Positions 31,631 to 41,790 are shown, counted from the first letter of the stretch. The stretch: DNA of 64,000 bases from Dehalococcoidia bacterium (GCA_963663235.2 CAXXNO010000006.1:96001-160000), one strand, 5' to 3'. Notes: generated by a model not told the origin, from the letters alone. Numbers and translations are program-made.

Positions 31631-32127
31631 TCGGGGTCCGCGCCGAGGTCGGCGACGAACCAGCCGGCCTGCCCCGGCATCTCCTCAACACCGACCTTCA
31701 ACCTAAGCAGAGCGTGGGGCGCCTCGGTGGCCAAGGCGCGGATGAGTTGGCCCGCGACGTACTCCGCCAGGCGCTCGGCGGTGGTGTTGTCGATGGGCAA
31801 GGGGGCGCAGTCGCGCTTGGGGAGGCGGTAGGGCGGCTCCTGCTTGTAGCGGATCTCGTAGTGGTCGCCGTCGTCGCGGATGGTGAGGACGCGCGAGTGC
31901 ATCTGGAGCAGAAACTTGTGGTCGAGGGTTTGGCAGACCTCCCGGGCCAAGCGCTTCAAGAGTGAAAAATCGACGACCCAGGACTCGTCGGTGAGCGGCC
32001 CCTCGACCTCGACGAAGAGGTCGTAGTTGTGGCCGTGGATGGGCTCGATCTCATCGGCGAAGGTGGCGAAGTGGCCCGCGGCGAAGCGCAGGCGGTTGCG
32101 CTCGATGGTGACGCGGTGGGGGCTCAG
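31627..32127 (-). CDS. 6-pyruvoyl-tetrahydropterin synthase / QueD-like protein, probable CTG start
   Basis: FAAGH, IHGHNY, VVDF, LDHKFL, TTAERLA, VEE; AAGGAGG SD 6 nt before CTG at 32127. Confidence 0.85.
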   Translation of the reverse strand: MSPHRVTIERNRLRFAAGHFATFADEIEPIHGHNYDLFVEVEGPLTDESWVVDFSLLKRLAREVCQTLDHKFLLQMHSRVLTIRDDGDHYEIRYKQEPPYRLPKRDCAPLPIDNTTAERLAEYVAGQLIRALATEAPHALLRLKVGVEEMPGQAGWFVADLGADPE

Positions 32128-32184
32128 GGGTCGCCTCCTTTGGCTGCCCGCTCAGGCTAGAGAGGGGTCGGGGGCCGGACAACC

Positions 32185-32520
32185 TCAGGGGAGGGAGGGG
32201 GAACCTCACCCTTCCGCTGTGCGAAGGGCGCAAGCGCCCCCGCCCCTCCTTCGGCACGGCTCAGGACAGGCCCGCTCCATCGCAAGCGATGGAGCGGGGG
32301 AGGAGAAGGGAAGGGAAGGGGCGACCTCACCCTTCCGCTGTGCGAAGGGCGCAAGCGCCCCCGGCCCACCTTCGAAACGACTCAGGACAGGCCTTCTCCA
32401 TCGGCAAGCGGTGGAGAAGGGAAGGGAAGGAGACAGCACTCACCTCTGCCCCCTTCGACTTGCTCGCGGCTCGCTGGGGGGAGGCCCTTCGACTCGCCTG
32501 CGGCTCGCTCAGGACAGGAA
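32185..32520. repeat. Mosaic REP-like array
   Basis: Two CCTCACCCTTCCGCTGTGCGAAGGGCGCAAGCGCCCC units plus hairpin and CTTCGACTCGCCTGCGGCTCGCTCAGGACAGG modules. Confidence 0.9.
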
Positions 32521-32583
32521 ACTGACGCTGGTGGCGACCTCGGGGCTGGGAGCGGGGTCGTGTGGTTGGGGACGGGTCGACAA

Positions 32584-32604
32584 ATACATCGGATACAGAT
32601 GTAT
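32584..32604. promoter_or_regulatory. Candidate PadR operator overlapping the promoter
   Basis: Perfect inverted repeat ATACATC-N7-GATGTAT in an AT-rich stretch ~40 bp upstream of padR. Confidence 0.6.
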
Positions 32605-32641
32605 AAGTATGTGATGATTCGAATGGGAACGGAAAGGTGAG

Positions 32642-33088
32642 GTGATGTCGATGGCGGACTTGCGGGACCCGGAGCACTGGGAGACCGCAATCGCGCGGGC
32701 GGCGGGGCGGATGTTCCTGCTGGCGGCGCTAGTGGACGAGCCCGGCCATGGGTACGGCATTGCGGGGCGGATCCGGGAGATGTGCGACGGCTGCTGTGAC
32801 CCTTCGGACGCCATGATCTACCCGGGGCTTCATGACTTGGAGGCGGCGGGGCTTATCGCCTGCCAGCGGGAGACAAATGGTGCGCGGGTGCGAAATGTCT
32901 GTATGCTCACAGGCAAGGGCCACGAGGCGCTGCACACAGCAGCGCACGCCTGGGCGCGGCATCTGCCGGCGATCGAACGGGTAATCGCAATGGCGGGTGT
33001 GCGTGGCTCCGAGGAGGGCGCGGCGTGTTGTGCGGCCGAGAGCGAGATGGCTGGAGCACGCGAAGGAGGACCGAGATGGGCAAGATGA
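32642..33088 (+). CDS. PadR-family transcriptional regulator, Cys-rich
   Basis: PGHGYGI, IYPGLHDLEAAGLI, LTGKG. Confidence 0.88.
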   Translation: MMSMADLRDPEHWETAIARAAGRMFLLAALVDEPGHGYGIAGRIREMCDGCCDPSDAMIYPGLHDLEAAGLIACQRETNGARVRNVCMLTGKGHEALHTAAHAWARHLPAIERVIAMAGVRGSEEGAACCAAESEMAGAREGGPRWAR

Positions 33089-33360
33089 CGAAGGTATTCG
33101 CCGGCAGCAAGATCAGCCAGCGGTCGCGGGAGCGGTACGGCGAGGACGCGTCCGAGAAATCGGACGAGGAGAAGAAGGCCGAGAAGGAGCGCGACGCCAG
33201 CGCGGGCGGCGGGATGACCACGCTGGACATCATGGTGCGCCGGGCCCAAGAGCGGGAGGCGAGAAGCGGGAATTCGGCGGTGGCTAGCACGTTCGCCGAC
33301 GACGCGGTCAAGGACGCGGTCCGCGACCATCACGGCGCGGAAGCCGGATGGACGCAGTGA
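33076..33360 (+). CDS. Hypothetical protein
   Basis: AAGGAGG SD; overlaps both neighbours in an operon. Confidence 0.6.
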   Translation: MGKMTKVFAGSKISQRSRERYGEDASEKSDEEKKAEKERDASAGGGMTTLDIMVRRAQEREARSGNSAVASTFADDAVKDAVRDHHGAEAGWTQ

Positions 33361-34061
33361 CCAGCGGCAGCGACGTCCAAGCGACGCTCGAACTGCGGAA
33401 GCCGCCGGTGGCGATTGGGTACTTCGCCGAGCCGCCGGCGGGAGTGGCGAAGTACGGCGCGGGGCCGACGCCGGCGGGCTGCGTGTACTGGCAAATCGCG
33501 CAAGAAGGAGAGTCGTTCTACACGGAGCCGTCGGACCACTACGGCTGCGCCGTGGGGGCGTACACGCATGGCATCGATCTGCCGACGGCACGGGCGGAGG
33601 AGCTGCCCGAGACAATCGCGTTCATGATTGAACAGAAGTACCTGGCGCCGGCGGATGTCGAGTCGATCCCAGTGCTGCCGGAGACGCCACGGTACGTGGC
33701 GTACGGACCGGCGGACGCGGGAGCGTTTGAGCCGAGCGTGGTGATGGTGGCGGCGGAGCCGGCGCAGGCGATGCTGCTGTACGAGGCGGCGCTGCGGGCG
33801 GGCGCGGGCGCGATGGTGGCGAGCATCGCGGGGCGGCCGGGGTGCGCGATCGAGCCGCTGACGGTGCGATCCGGGAAGGTGACGCTCTCGCTGGGATGCA
33901 AGGGGAACCGGACGTTCACGGGGCTGCCGGACGGGGAGCTGTACGTGAGCGTGCCGGGTGAGCAGTGGGCGGCGGTGGCCGCGGCGCTGGGGGAGATCGT
34001 CGAGGCGAACCGGTCAATGGGGGAGCACTACCAAGGGAAGCTGGAGGAGGGGCGGGGGTAG
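33348..34061 (+). CDS. DUF169 family protein
   Basis: PPVAI, GCVYW, YGCAVG, RPGC, SLGCKGNR. Confidence 0.8.
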   Translation: MDAVTSGSDVQATLELRKPPVAIGYFAEPPAGVAKYGAGPTPAGCVYWQIAQEGESFYTEPSDHYGCAVGAYTHGIDLPTARAEELPETIAFMIEQKYLAPADVESIPVLPETPRYVAYGPADAGAFEPSVVMVAAEPAQAMLLYEAALRAGAGAMVASIAGRPGCAIEPLTVRSGKVTLSLGCKGNRTFTGLPDGELYVSVPGEQWAAVAAALGEIVEANRSMGEHYQGKLEEGRG

Positions 34062-34197
34062 GGCCGGGCGCCATTTCGTGGTCGGCGGGGATTTTCTTTT
34101 GTGTCTCGTGCGCGCCCCTTGGGGCGACGCGGCTCCAGATGGCGGCCGCGTCGTTTCGGGTTTCGGCTGAGGTGAGGGCGACAGAAAGGGCATCGAG

Positions 34198-34290
34198 GGC
34201 GGGCCGGACAGCCAGGGGCCGGCCAGGGGCCGGACAGCCAGGGGCCGGACAGCCAGGGGCCGGACAGGAAGCGGCGGCCTCTGGACAGGG
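34198..34290 (+). repeat. 15-bp tandem repeat GGGGCCGGACAGCCA, about 5 copies, some degenerate
   Basis: Read directly from the sequence. Confidence 0.85.
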
Positions 34291-34338
34291 GTGGGGCTGG
34301 TTGTTGCTGGGACGTTGCGGGTGTAGGTCTGTCCCTGG

Positions 34339-35580
34339 TGACCTGCCCCCGATCGTTGTACCAGTCGTTAAGTGAGTCCGATCGCCGGGACGCGCGTCAT
34401 GGGACGTTCCCGGGGTTGCTGCGTTTCCGGGGCGGGGGGGCGGGAGCCGAGGGCACGGTGGGGGCGGATCGGGTTGTCCTCCCGCCGCCAGCCCTTGATG
34501 AGGATCTGGGCTTCCAGCAGGGTGTCGAAGCGCTCGCGATTGAGGCACGCGTCGCGCAGCTTGCCGTTGAACGATTCCCCAGAGCCGTTCGCCCAAGGCC
34601 TGCCCGGTTCGATGAAGCGGGTCGTGCCCCCGACCCGGTGCAGCCAGTCCCGCACCGCGGTGGCGGTGCACGCCGGGCCGTTGGCGGACCGCAGAAACGT
34701 CGGCGGCCCGCGCTCGACGAACAGCTGGGCCAACCGCGCCAGGCCGACGTCGCGGCGCCGTCGGCGGGCGACGTCGAGACGCAGGCCCTCGCGGGTGGTC
34801 CTCATCCACGAGGGCGAGGATCCGCACCGGGCGCCCATCGGCGGTGCGGTCGAAGACGAAGGCGTCGGACCAGACGTGGGACGGCCGCTCGGCCCGCCGC
34901 CGCACCAGCGAGCCGGCCGCGAGCCAGCGGCGGCCCCGTTGGGGGTGCTTCCCGGGGACCCGCCAGCCTTCCTGACGCCAGCGCCGCTCGACCCGCTTGG
35001 GGTTCACCCGCCAGCCCGCCTGGCGCAGCCGGGCCGTGATGCGACGGGAGCCGTAGCGGCCGCAGCGGGTGGCCAGCGCGACGCTGCGCGCGATCAGCGC
35101 CGGCGCATCCGGGGACGGCCGGGGCACGTCGCGCTGTGTCGCCCGCGCCTGGCCGGTGACCGGGCAGGCCCGCCGCTCCGCCACCGCGTACGGGTCCGTG
35201 CGGTAGGATGTCACCCGGCGCCGCTTGGCCGGGCTCAGAAGTTTCCCGCTGCGACGTCCCGCACCATCGCGTTGGCCAGCGCCTGATCGGCCACCACCCG
35301 CTTCAGCCGACTGTTCTCGCGCTCCCGTTCTTTCAGCCGCTTGGCCTGGTCGACCCGCAACCCCCCGTCCTCCCGCCGCCAGCGGTAATACGTTGGCTCG
35401 GCCGCGCCGAGGCGGCGCGCGACCGGCGCGACCGATTCCCCCTGCGCGAGCACCACCTCCGCCTCCCGCAGGTTGCCGATGATCTCCTCGGCCGCGTACC
35501 GCTTGCGTGCCATGCCGACTCCCTTCGCACCGGCCCGAATCCTCGCACAGGATCTGGACCGGTTCTGGGGGGGCAGGTCA
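34339..35580 (-). mobile_element. IS3-family element (IS407-like), 1242 bp, inactivated
   Basis: IRs TGACCTGCCCCC...GGGGGCAGGTCA; orfA 35235-35513 (TYYRWRRE, ends GNF); orfB frameshifted, WSYDF reads WSDAF, RSDNG reads RSANG. Confidence 0.93.
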
Positions 35581-35737
35581 TCTTCTCCCCCCTCTCCATC
35601 GCTTGTCGATGGAGAGGGGGCCAGGGGGTGAGGTTCCATCGCTCGCCGATGGAGAGAGCCTGTCCTGAGCGAGCCGCAGGCGAGTCGAAGGAGGGCCAAG
35701 GGGCGCTTGCGCCCTTCGCACAGCGCAAGGGTGAGGT
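35581..35737. repeat. Mosaic REP-like array; half of an array split by the IS, other half 53051-53215
   Basis: Same modules; reverse complement ends GGAGAAGA at the IS junction. Confidence 0.88.
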
Positions 35738-35809
35738 CATCCCTCGCTCCCGTTGACCCCTCCCCACCCCCCACCTAGCCTGACACCGACCCCACGATGG
35801 GAGACGCAC

Positions 35810-36490
35810 ATGATCAAGACCGCCGCCTTCTTCAAGCGCACGCCCGGCATATCCGTCGAGGCCTTCGCCGACTACTGGCTCAACACCCACGCCGGCATCG
35901 TCGTGCGCATGCCCGGCATCCGCCGCTACGTCCAGTCCCACACCCTGCGCTCCGGCTACCGCAAGGGCGAGCCCGTCTACGACGGCGTCGCCGAGCTCTG
36001 GTTCGATGACATGGCGGCCGTCCGCGCCATGTCCAACACCCCCGAGTACGCCGCCGTCAAAGCCGACGAGCCCAACTTCATCGACCCCGCCACCATCGAC
36101 ACCATCATCACCGAAGAGCACATCATCAAGGACGGCCCCATCCCGCCCGACGGCGTCAAGAACATCGAGTTCGTCACCCACAAGCCGGACATGCCCATCG
36201 ACGCCTTCCAGCGCCACTGGCGCGAAGTGCACGGCCCCCTCGGCGCCGCCATCCCCGTCGTCCGCCGCTACGTCCAGAGCCACACCCGACTCGGCATCTA
36301 CGACAGCGGCCGCACCCCCGCCTACGACGGCCTGGCCATCACCTGGTTCGACGACACCCAGGCCATGCGCGTCTCCGCCACCACCCCCGAGTACGATCGC
36401 ACCCGCGCCGACGAGTCCAACTTCCTCGCCGGCGAGCTCTCCTTCATCATCACCAAGGAGCACGTCATCGTCGACGACGGCGAACGCTGA
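35810..36490 (+). CDS. Tandem EthD-domain protein
   Basis: Two copies of F..YW...H...RRYVQSH...YDG.A..WFD. Confidence 0.88.
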   Translation: MIKTAAFFKRTPGISVEAFADYWLNTHAGIVVRMPGIRRYVQSHTLRSGYRKGEPVYDGVAELWFDDMAAVRAMSNTPEYAAVKADEPNFIDPATIDTIITEEHIIKDGPIPPDGVKNIEFVTHKPDMPIDAFQRHWREVHGPLGAAIPVVRRYVQSHTRLGIYDSGRTPAYDGLAITWFDDTQAMRVSATTPEYDRTRADESNFLAGELSFIITKEHVIVDDGER

Positions 36491-36521
36491 CGAACCCCCT
36501 CGCCCTGAGTTTGTCGACGCA

Positions 36522-37280
36522 TCAACCCCCACCCGCCAGCCCGGGGGCGAGCCCCGGTTCCCAGATCACCGCGATCGCCAAGGCGAAAGCCGCGACCGCG
36601 ACGCCTCGCCCGAACTGCTCCCCTCGCGACCAATGCTTCTCGACTGCCACCACCGCCGCCAGCCCCACCATGGCCCACAGGTTCATCACGCCGAACGCGG
36701 CCATCAACGCCATCAACGACCAGCAACACGCCAGGCAGAACCATCCGTTGTGCGCGCCCGCGCGCAGATCGCGCAGCGCGCCTCGATACGATGCCACTTC
36801 GAAGATCTGCCCGATCGGTGAGCGGCAGTGTTGCAAGCATCGGGACTTCAGCGGTGTGAGCTGATAGACGCCGCACGCAGCGAAGATGCCGGCTGCGGCG
36901 ACCGTGCCGATGGCGGGCGCTGCAGCCGCGGCCTCGCCCGCCGCCCAGGCGATTCCAAACGCGGGTACGCCCGTCGCCCCCCACACCAGCAGGTACCCGA
37001 TGGCGAAGAGCAGCAGGCGTGGGGTCCGATTCGACACCACCGTCCGCGAGTACATCGACGCAAACGGCGCCGCCGACGGCAGCATCATCGCCGTCATCAT
37101 CAGCCCCCACATCACCGCAAAGGCGATGAAGTCCATGCCCATGGTGCCCGGCATGACGCCCATGTCGCGCGCCTGATCCACCGTCCACAGCCAGGCCAGC
37201 CCCGCGACTAGCAGCAGGGCCAGGACCTGCGGACGCAGCCACCGCCCGCCACGTGTCGAGGAGGTGGCTACGCGCTCCAT
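36522..37280 (-). CDS. DUF2182 metal-binding membrane protein
   Basis: WGLMMTAMMLPS, YQLTPLKSRCLQHCR, CLACCW, GVMNLWAM, VEK. Confidence 0.88.
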   Translation of the reverse strand: MERVATSSTRGGRWLRPQVLALLLVAGLAWLWTVDQARDMGVMPGTMGMDFIAFAVMWGLMMTAMMLPSAAPFASMYSRTVVSNRTPRLLLFAIGYLLVWGATGVPAFGIAWAAGEAAAAAPAIGTVAAAGIFAACGVYQLTPLKSRCLQHCRSPIGQIFEVASYRGALRDLRAGAHNGWFCLACCWSLMALMAAFGVMNLWAMVGLAAVVAVEKHWSRGEQFGRGVAVAAFALAIAVIWEPGLAPGLAGGG

Positions 37281-37881
37281 GAGAAGGGGGCCCAATGCCC
37301 GTTCTTGCCGCTGTTGTCCCACTCCATGCCGAACGCTTTCACTCGGGACCGCTCGGCCCTGGCGATCGTCAACGTTGAGTTCGCCTGGTGGAACAGGTAC
37401 ACGCCCGTCACCTTGGAAACCTCGCCACCCGGCGTCTGCGGCGGGACGAAATCCTCGATCTCAATATCGATTGCATCCCCCACTTTGACGCGATGCCGGC
37501 GGCCTTCGTTCGTGTACTCGATTCGGGCCTGCTCCACTCCCAGTATCTCGCCGACCAGCGGATGCACCGCTGCCATCGGCCCGCCCAACTGACCCCCGAA
37601 CACGCGCCCCAGCGCCTCCGCCTGCTCCGAGGAGGCCCCGTCGTCCAGGATCAGCCCCACGCGCCAGTCACCGTCCGCCATCACCTTGGGCGTATCGGCA
37701 ACGATGACCACGCTGCGGTCGCTCACGTCCACCCTTCCACCTCGCCGGAGTCGACGTGAAACGCGAGCAGGACATGGCACCGCTCGTTGTCGGCGGGCGC
37801 CGTCAGCGCTGATGTGGTGCAAGGACACACGACGTCGCAGTTACAGTTCTCGAAGTAACTGCCATCCAGTTTCCACGTCAC
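37268..37881 (-). pseudogene. DUF1326 duplicate with small indels near the 5' end
   Basis: Closely similar to 38134-38742 but frame broken around 37730-37835. Confidence 0.85.
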
Positions 37882-37974
37882 GGTCTCACCGCCTTTCGTC
37901 GGGGTGGAAGGTTATTGATCTCGTTCGAGTGCTGTCAAACGATCCGGATCTCTGGGGCCAGGAGGCGAGGTCAC

Positions 37975-38085
37975 TCCCTTCTCCTCCCCCTCTCCATCCT
38001 TCCCACCGGGGAAGGATGGAGAGGGCCTGTCCTGAGCGAGCCGCAGGCGAGTCGAAGAGCCTGTCCTGAGCTTGTCGAAGGGAGG
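37975..38085. repeat. Mosaic REP-like array at the duplication junction
   Basis: CTCTCCATCCTTCCC-ACCG-GGGAAGGATGGAGAG hairpin and two CCTGTCCTGAGC...GTCGAAG modules. Confidence 0.88.
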
Positions 38086-38088
38086 GCC

Positions 38089-38146
38089 GGACCTGCGGAC
38101 GCAGCCACAGTCCGCCGCGTACCGAGGAGGCGGCTACGCGCTCCAT
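38089..38146 (-). pseudogene. Truncated 5' fragment of DUF2182
   Basis: MERVAASSVRGGLWLRPQV, then repeat array. Confidence 0.8.
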
Positions 38147-38742
38147 GAGAAGGGGGCCGAATGTCCGTTCTTCCCGCTGTTGTCCCACTCCATGCCGAAC
38201 GCCTTCACGCGGGACCGCTCGGCTTTAGCGATCGTCAGAGTCGAGTTCGCCATATGGACCATGCCTGTCAACTTGGAAACCTCGCCTCCGGGCGTCTGCG
38301 GCGGTACGAAATCCTCGATCTCGATGTCGATGGCATCCCCCACTTTGATGCGATGCCGGCGGCCTTCGTTTGCGTACTCGATTCGGGCCTGCTCCACTCC
38401 CAGCATCTCGCCGACCAACGGATGCACCGCTGCCATCGGCCCGCCCAACTGGCCCCCGAACACGCGCCCGAGCGCCTCCGCCTGCTCCGAGGAGGCGCCG
38501 TCGTCCAGGATCAGCCCCACGCGCCAGCCACCGTCCGCCATCACCTTGGGCGTATCGGCAACGATGACCACGGTGCGATCGCTCACGTCCACCCCTTCCA
38601 CCTCGCCGGCGTCGACGTGAAACGCGAGCAGGACCTGGCACCGCTCGTTGTCGGCGGGCGCCGTCAGCCCCGATGTCACACAGGGACACACCACGTCGCA
38701 GTTACAGTTCTCGAAGTAACTGCCATCCAGTTTCCACGTCAC
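38134..38742 (-). CDS. DUF1326 family protein
   Basis: ENCNCDVVCPC, GGPM, ends FSWSA; paired with DUF2182. Confidence 0.88.
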   Translation of the reverse strand: MTWKLDGSYFENCNCDVVCPCVTSGLTAPADNERCQVLLAFHVDAGEVEGVDVSDRTVVIVADTPKVMADGGWRVGLILDDGASSEQAEALGRVFGGQLGGPMAAVHPLVGEMLGVEQARIEYANEGRRHRIKVGDAIDIEIEDFVPPQTPGGEVSKLTGMVHMANSTLTIAKAERSRVKAFGMEWDNSGKNGHSAPFSWSA

Positions 38743-38826
38743 GGGCTCACCGCCTTTCGTCGAGGTGGAAGGGTATCGATCTCATTCAAGTGCTGTCAAA
38801 CGATCCGCATCTCCGGGCACCCGCCC

Positions 38827-40014
38827 CTACTCCCGCGGCAGCCCCAGCCCTCGCTGCGCGATGATGTTCCGCTGGATCTCGCTCGTCCCCGCCGCGATCG
38901 CGTACGTCGTCGTCCCCATGTAGCCCAGCGGCAGCGCCCCGTACAGCGGCGGGTCCGCCGCCGACCCCCGCAGCAGCGCCCCGCCCAACCCCAGCATGTT
39001 CGTCCCGAATCCCGTGATCGCGCACGCCAGCTCCGACCCGAACACCTTCGCCATCGACGCCTCTGCGTTCGGCACCTGCCCCTGCGACTGCATCCACCCC
39101 ACCCGATACGCCAGCAGCCGCGACGCCTCCACTCCAATCCACAACTCCGCCAGTCGTTCCCGCACGATCGCGCGGTTCATCCCGCTCGGCTTCTCGCGTG
39201 CGTACCCGATCATCTCCTCCAGGATCCGCTTGCTCCACGCCACCCGCGAGATCCCGCTGCGCTCATAGTCCAGCGTCGTCGCCGCCACGTACCAGCCCCG
39301 GTTCTCCTCCCCCACCAGGTTCCGCACTGGTACCCGCACATCCTCCATCCACACCTCGTTGAAGGCGTGCGCCTCCAGCATGTTGATGATCGGCTTCACC
39401 GTGATCCCCGGTGAGCGCATGTCCATCAAGAGGTAGGAAATCCCTTTGTGCTTGGGCGCTTCTGGATCGGTGCGAACCAACAGCATGCACCAGTCCGCCC
39501 GATGCGCCCCGCTGGTCCAGATCTTCTGGCCGTTCACCACGTAGTCGTCTCCGTCGCGCACCGCCCGCGTCTGCAACGACGCCAGGTCCGACCCGCTCCC
39601 CGGCTCCGAGAACCCCTGGCACCAGACCTCATCGCCCGCCGCGATCGCGGGCAGATGCTCCTGCTTCAGCTCTTCGCTCCCCCAGTGCATCAGCGTCGGC
39701 CCCGCCATCGACACCGCCATCAGCGTCCCCACGCCCGTCGGCGCCGCGTGGTACCCCGTCTCCTCGTTGTAGATCACCTGCTGCATCACGCTGACCCCGC
39801 GGCCCCCGTACTCCTCCGGCCAGTGCATCGTCAGCCAGCCGCGGGCCGCCAGCTTCTTCACGAACCGCCGCGACGCATCCGCGTACTGGGATCCCTCCGT
39901 CTCCCGGTCGCTCTGCAGCTGCCAATGATCGGCCGGCAGCTCCTCCCGCAAGAACTCCCGGATCTCCTCCCGGAACGCCTCTTCCTCTGGGGTGAACTTG
40001 AACTCAATCGTCAT
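38827..40014 (-). CDS. Acyl-CoA dehydrogenase family protein
   Basis: WCQGFSEPGSGSDLASL, NGQKIWTS, GTSEIQRNII. Confidence 0.93.
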   Translation of the reverse strand: MTIEFKFTPEEEAFREEIREFLREELPADHWQLQSDRETEGSQYADASRRFVKKLAARGWLTMHWPEEYGGRGVSVMQQVIYNEETGYHAAPTGVGTLMAVSMAGPTLMHWGSEELKQEHLPAIAAGDEVWCQGFSEPGSGSDLASLQTRAVRDGDDYVVNGQKIWTSGAHRADWCMLLVRTDPEAPKHKGISYLLMDMRSPGITVKPIINMLEAHAFNEVWMEDVRVPVRNLVGEENRGWYVAATTLDYERSGISRVAWSKRILEEMIGYAREKPSGMNRAIVRERLAELWIGVEASRLLAYRVGWMQSQGQVPNAEASMAKVFGSELACAITGFGTNMLGLGGALLRGSAADPPLYGALPLGYMGTTTYAIAAGTSEIQRNIIAQRGLGLPRE

Positions 40015-40942
40015 GTTGGACCTCCGTCTCGGCCGCTGCGTCCCTAGGACCACCGAGCCCATAGGCGACGTGCGCTCTCTCGAACAACCGCCTCAGGAGC
40101 GGTAGATGTTCGCTGAATTCATTCGTGTGTATTTGGAATCTGACCCTCGCCTTGTCTCTCGAATAGTGCAGAAGCACAAAGCCAACTTCCTCGATCTCCC
40201 TCTCGGCCTTCTCTTTGTCGGTCGTCCGAGCGGTCACTTCCAGCCATCTCTTCTTTGGTCTGAACCTCACGAAATGAGCGGGACGATTGTTCACCGTCAG
40301 GCCGATGAAGTGTCGGTTGTAACGCAAGGATGCTCCTGGCTCGATCTCGTGCACCAACTCAAGACATCGATCGGTCAGTTTGAGTGTGGCGACACTCCCG
40401 AGCTTTTCCCAGTACGCACGATCGGCGGGCTGCTCGGGCTCCTCATCTTCGGTTGGCCCAATCTCAAATTCATCCAAGACCTTCGTGAAGGTCAGAAGGA
40501 TCTGGCTATCAACCTTCAACGCTTTCATCTGGATCGCGATCAGCGGCACGGTGCGATTGAACAACTGGATCACATTGATGAATCGGCTCGTGATCTCTTC
40601 GGCGACGATCACCGCACAGTGGTCGTAGTGCGGGAACCGTCGTCGCTCGACGTCCCAATATTCCAGCGTGCGGATGATGTGGCTCTCGTCAACGGCCCCG
40701 AGCATCAGCTCCATTTCGTATCGCCGATTGCCTTCATCGTCGATCAGGAGCAGATCCAGGCGCCCACCACCCGGGATCGGTTTCTCCGTCGCCACCAACC
40801 GCAACTCACCCAGCCCGAGGATCTGCGGTTCCTCGGCGATTTGCTCCTGCACCCACTTCTCGTTGAACTGCGTGTGCCCCTTGAGTGAGACGACCTCGTG
40901 CTTCGTATAGGTCAGCTGCTCTGGAAACGGCCCGCTCGTCAT
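40004..40942 (-). CDS. NucS/DUF91-like PD-(D/E)XK nuclease-fold protein, lower GC
   Basis: EKWVQ, GRLDLL, YEMELMLG, HIIRTLEYW, AVIVAE. Confidence 0.65.
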   Translation of the reverse strand: MTSGPFPEQLTYTKHEVVSLKGHTQFNEKWVQEQIAEEPQILGLGELRLVATEKPIPGGGRLDLLLIDDEGNRRYEMELMLGAVDESHIIRTLEYWDVERRRFPHYDHCAVIVAEEITSRFINVIQLFNRTVPLIAIQMKALKVDSQILLTFTKVLDEFEIGPTEDEEPEQPADRAYWEKLGSVATLKLTDRCLELVHEIEPGASLRYNRHFIGLTVNNRPAHFVRFRPKKRWLEVTARTTDKEKAEREIEEVGFVLLHYSRDKARVRFQIHTNEFSEHLPLLRRLFERAHVAYGLGGPRDAAAETEVQHDD

Positions 40943-40944
40943 CC

Positions 40945-41751
40945 CTACCGACCCTTAAACTCCGGCGCCCGCTTCTCCCGGAACGCCGCCGGCCCCTCTT
41001 TCGCGTCCTCCGACGCCCGCGCGATCGTGATCGCCTGCTCCGCCATCTCCAGCGCTTCGTGCATCCCCACCATCTGCGACCGGTACGCTAGCCGCTTCGT
41101 CAGCTGGATCGCCACCGCCGCCCCCCGCGCGATCTCCTGCGCGAACTTCATCGTTTCCGGTAGCAGATCCTCGGCCGGGACCACCCGCTGCACGTAGCCC
41201 ATCGCCAGCGCCTCTTCCGCCTGGAAGATTCGCCCCGTCCACATCAGCTCCAGCGCCCGCGACATGCCCACGATCTTCGGCAGGAAGTAGGCCCCGCCGT
41301 CGCCCGGCGTCAGCCCCACCCGCACGTAGCCCATCCCGAACTTCGCCTTGTCCGACGCGATGCGGATGTCCGCCATCGACGCCATATCCATCCCCGCCCC
41401 CACCGCCGCCCCGTTCACCGCCGCGATGTACGGCTTCTCCAGGTTCAGCAGCGCCCGCGGCACAGCGTGCACGCTGTGCCGCAGGTTGTTCCGGCCCGCG
41501 ACCACGCTCTCGCTCCCGCCGTACAGGTCGCCCCCCGCCCGCCCGCTCGACATGTCCCCGCCCGAGCAGAAGCCGCGCCCCGACCCCGTCACTACGATCG
41601 CCCGCACGTCCTCGTCCCGCGACGACCGCGCGATCGCGTCCGTCCACAACTCCAGCATCTCGGGGCTGAAGGCGTTCATCTTCTCCGGCTGGTTCAGGGT
41701 GATCACCGCGACGTGATCCTCCACCTCGTACAGCAACGGCGCATCCGGCAT
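40945..41751 (-). CDS. Enoyl-CoA hydratase/isomerase
   Basis: LNQPEKMNA, FCSGGD, AAVNGAAVGAG, AFREKRAPEFKGR. Confidence 0.92.
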   Translation of the reverse strand: MPDAPLLYEVEDHVAVITLNQPEKMNAFSPEMLELWTDAIARSSRDEDVRAIVVTGSGRGFCSGGDMSSGRAGGDLYGGSESVVAGRNNLRHSVHAVPRALLNLEKPYIAAVNGAAVGAGMDMASMADIRIASDKAKFGMGYVRVGLTPGDGGAYFLPKIVGMSRALELMWTGRIFQAEEALAMGYVQRVVPAEDLLPETMKFAQEIARGAAVAIQLTKRLAYRSQMVGMHEALEMAEQAITIARASEDAKEGPAAFREKRAPEFKGR

Positions 41752-41790
41752 CCGGCTTCCTCCCTGCCCGGCGACCCACGCAGGCCGCCG

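Noticed and set aside
40030-40960. Target duplication around the NucS-like gene (TAGGGA at both ends)
   Set aside because: Match too short to distinguish from chance.
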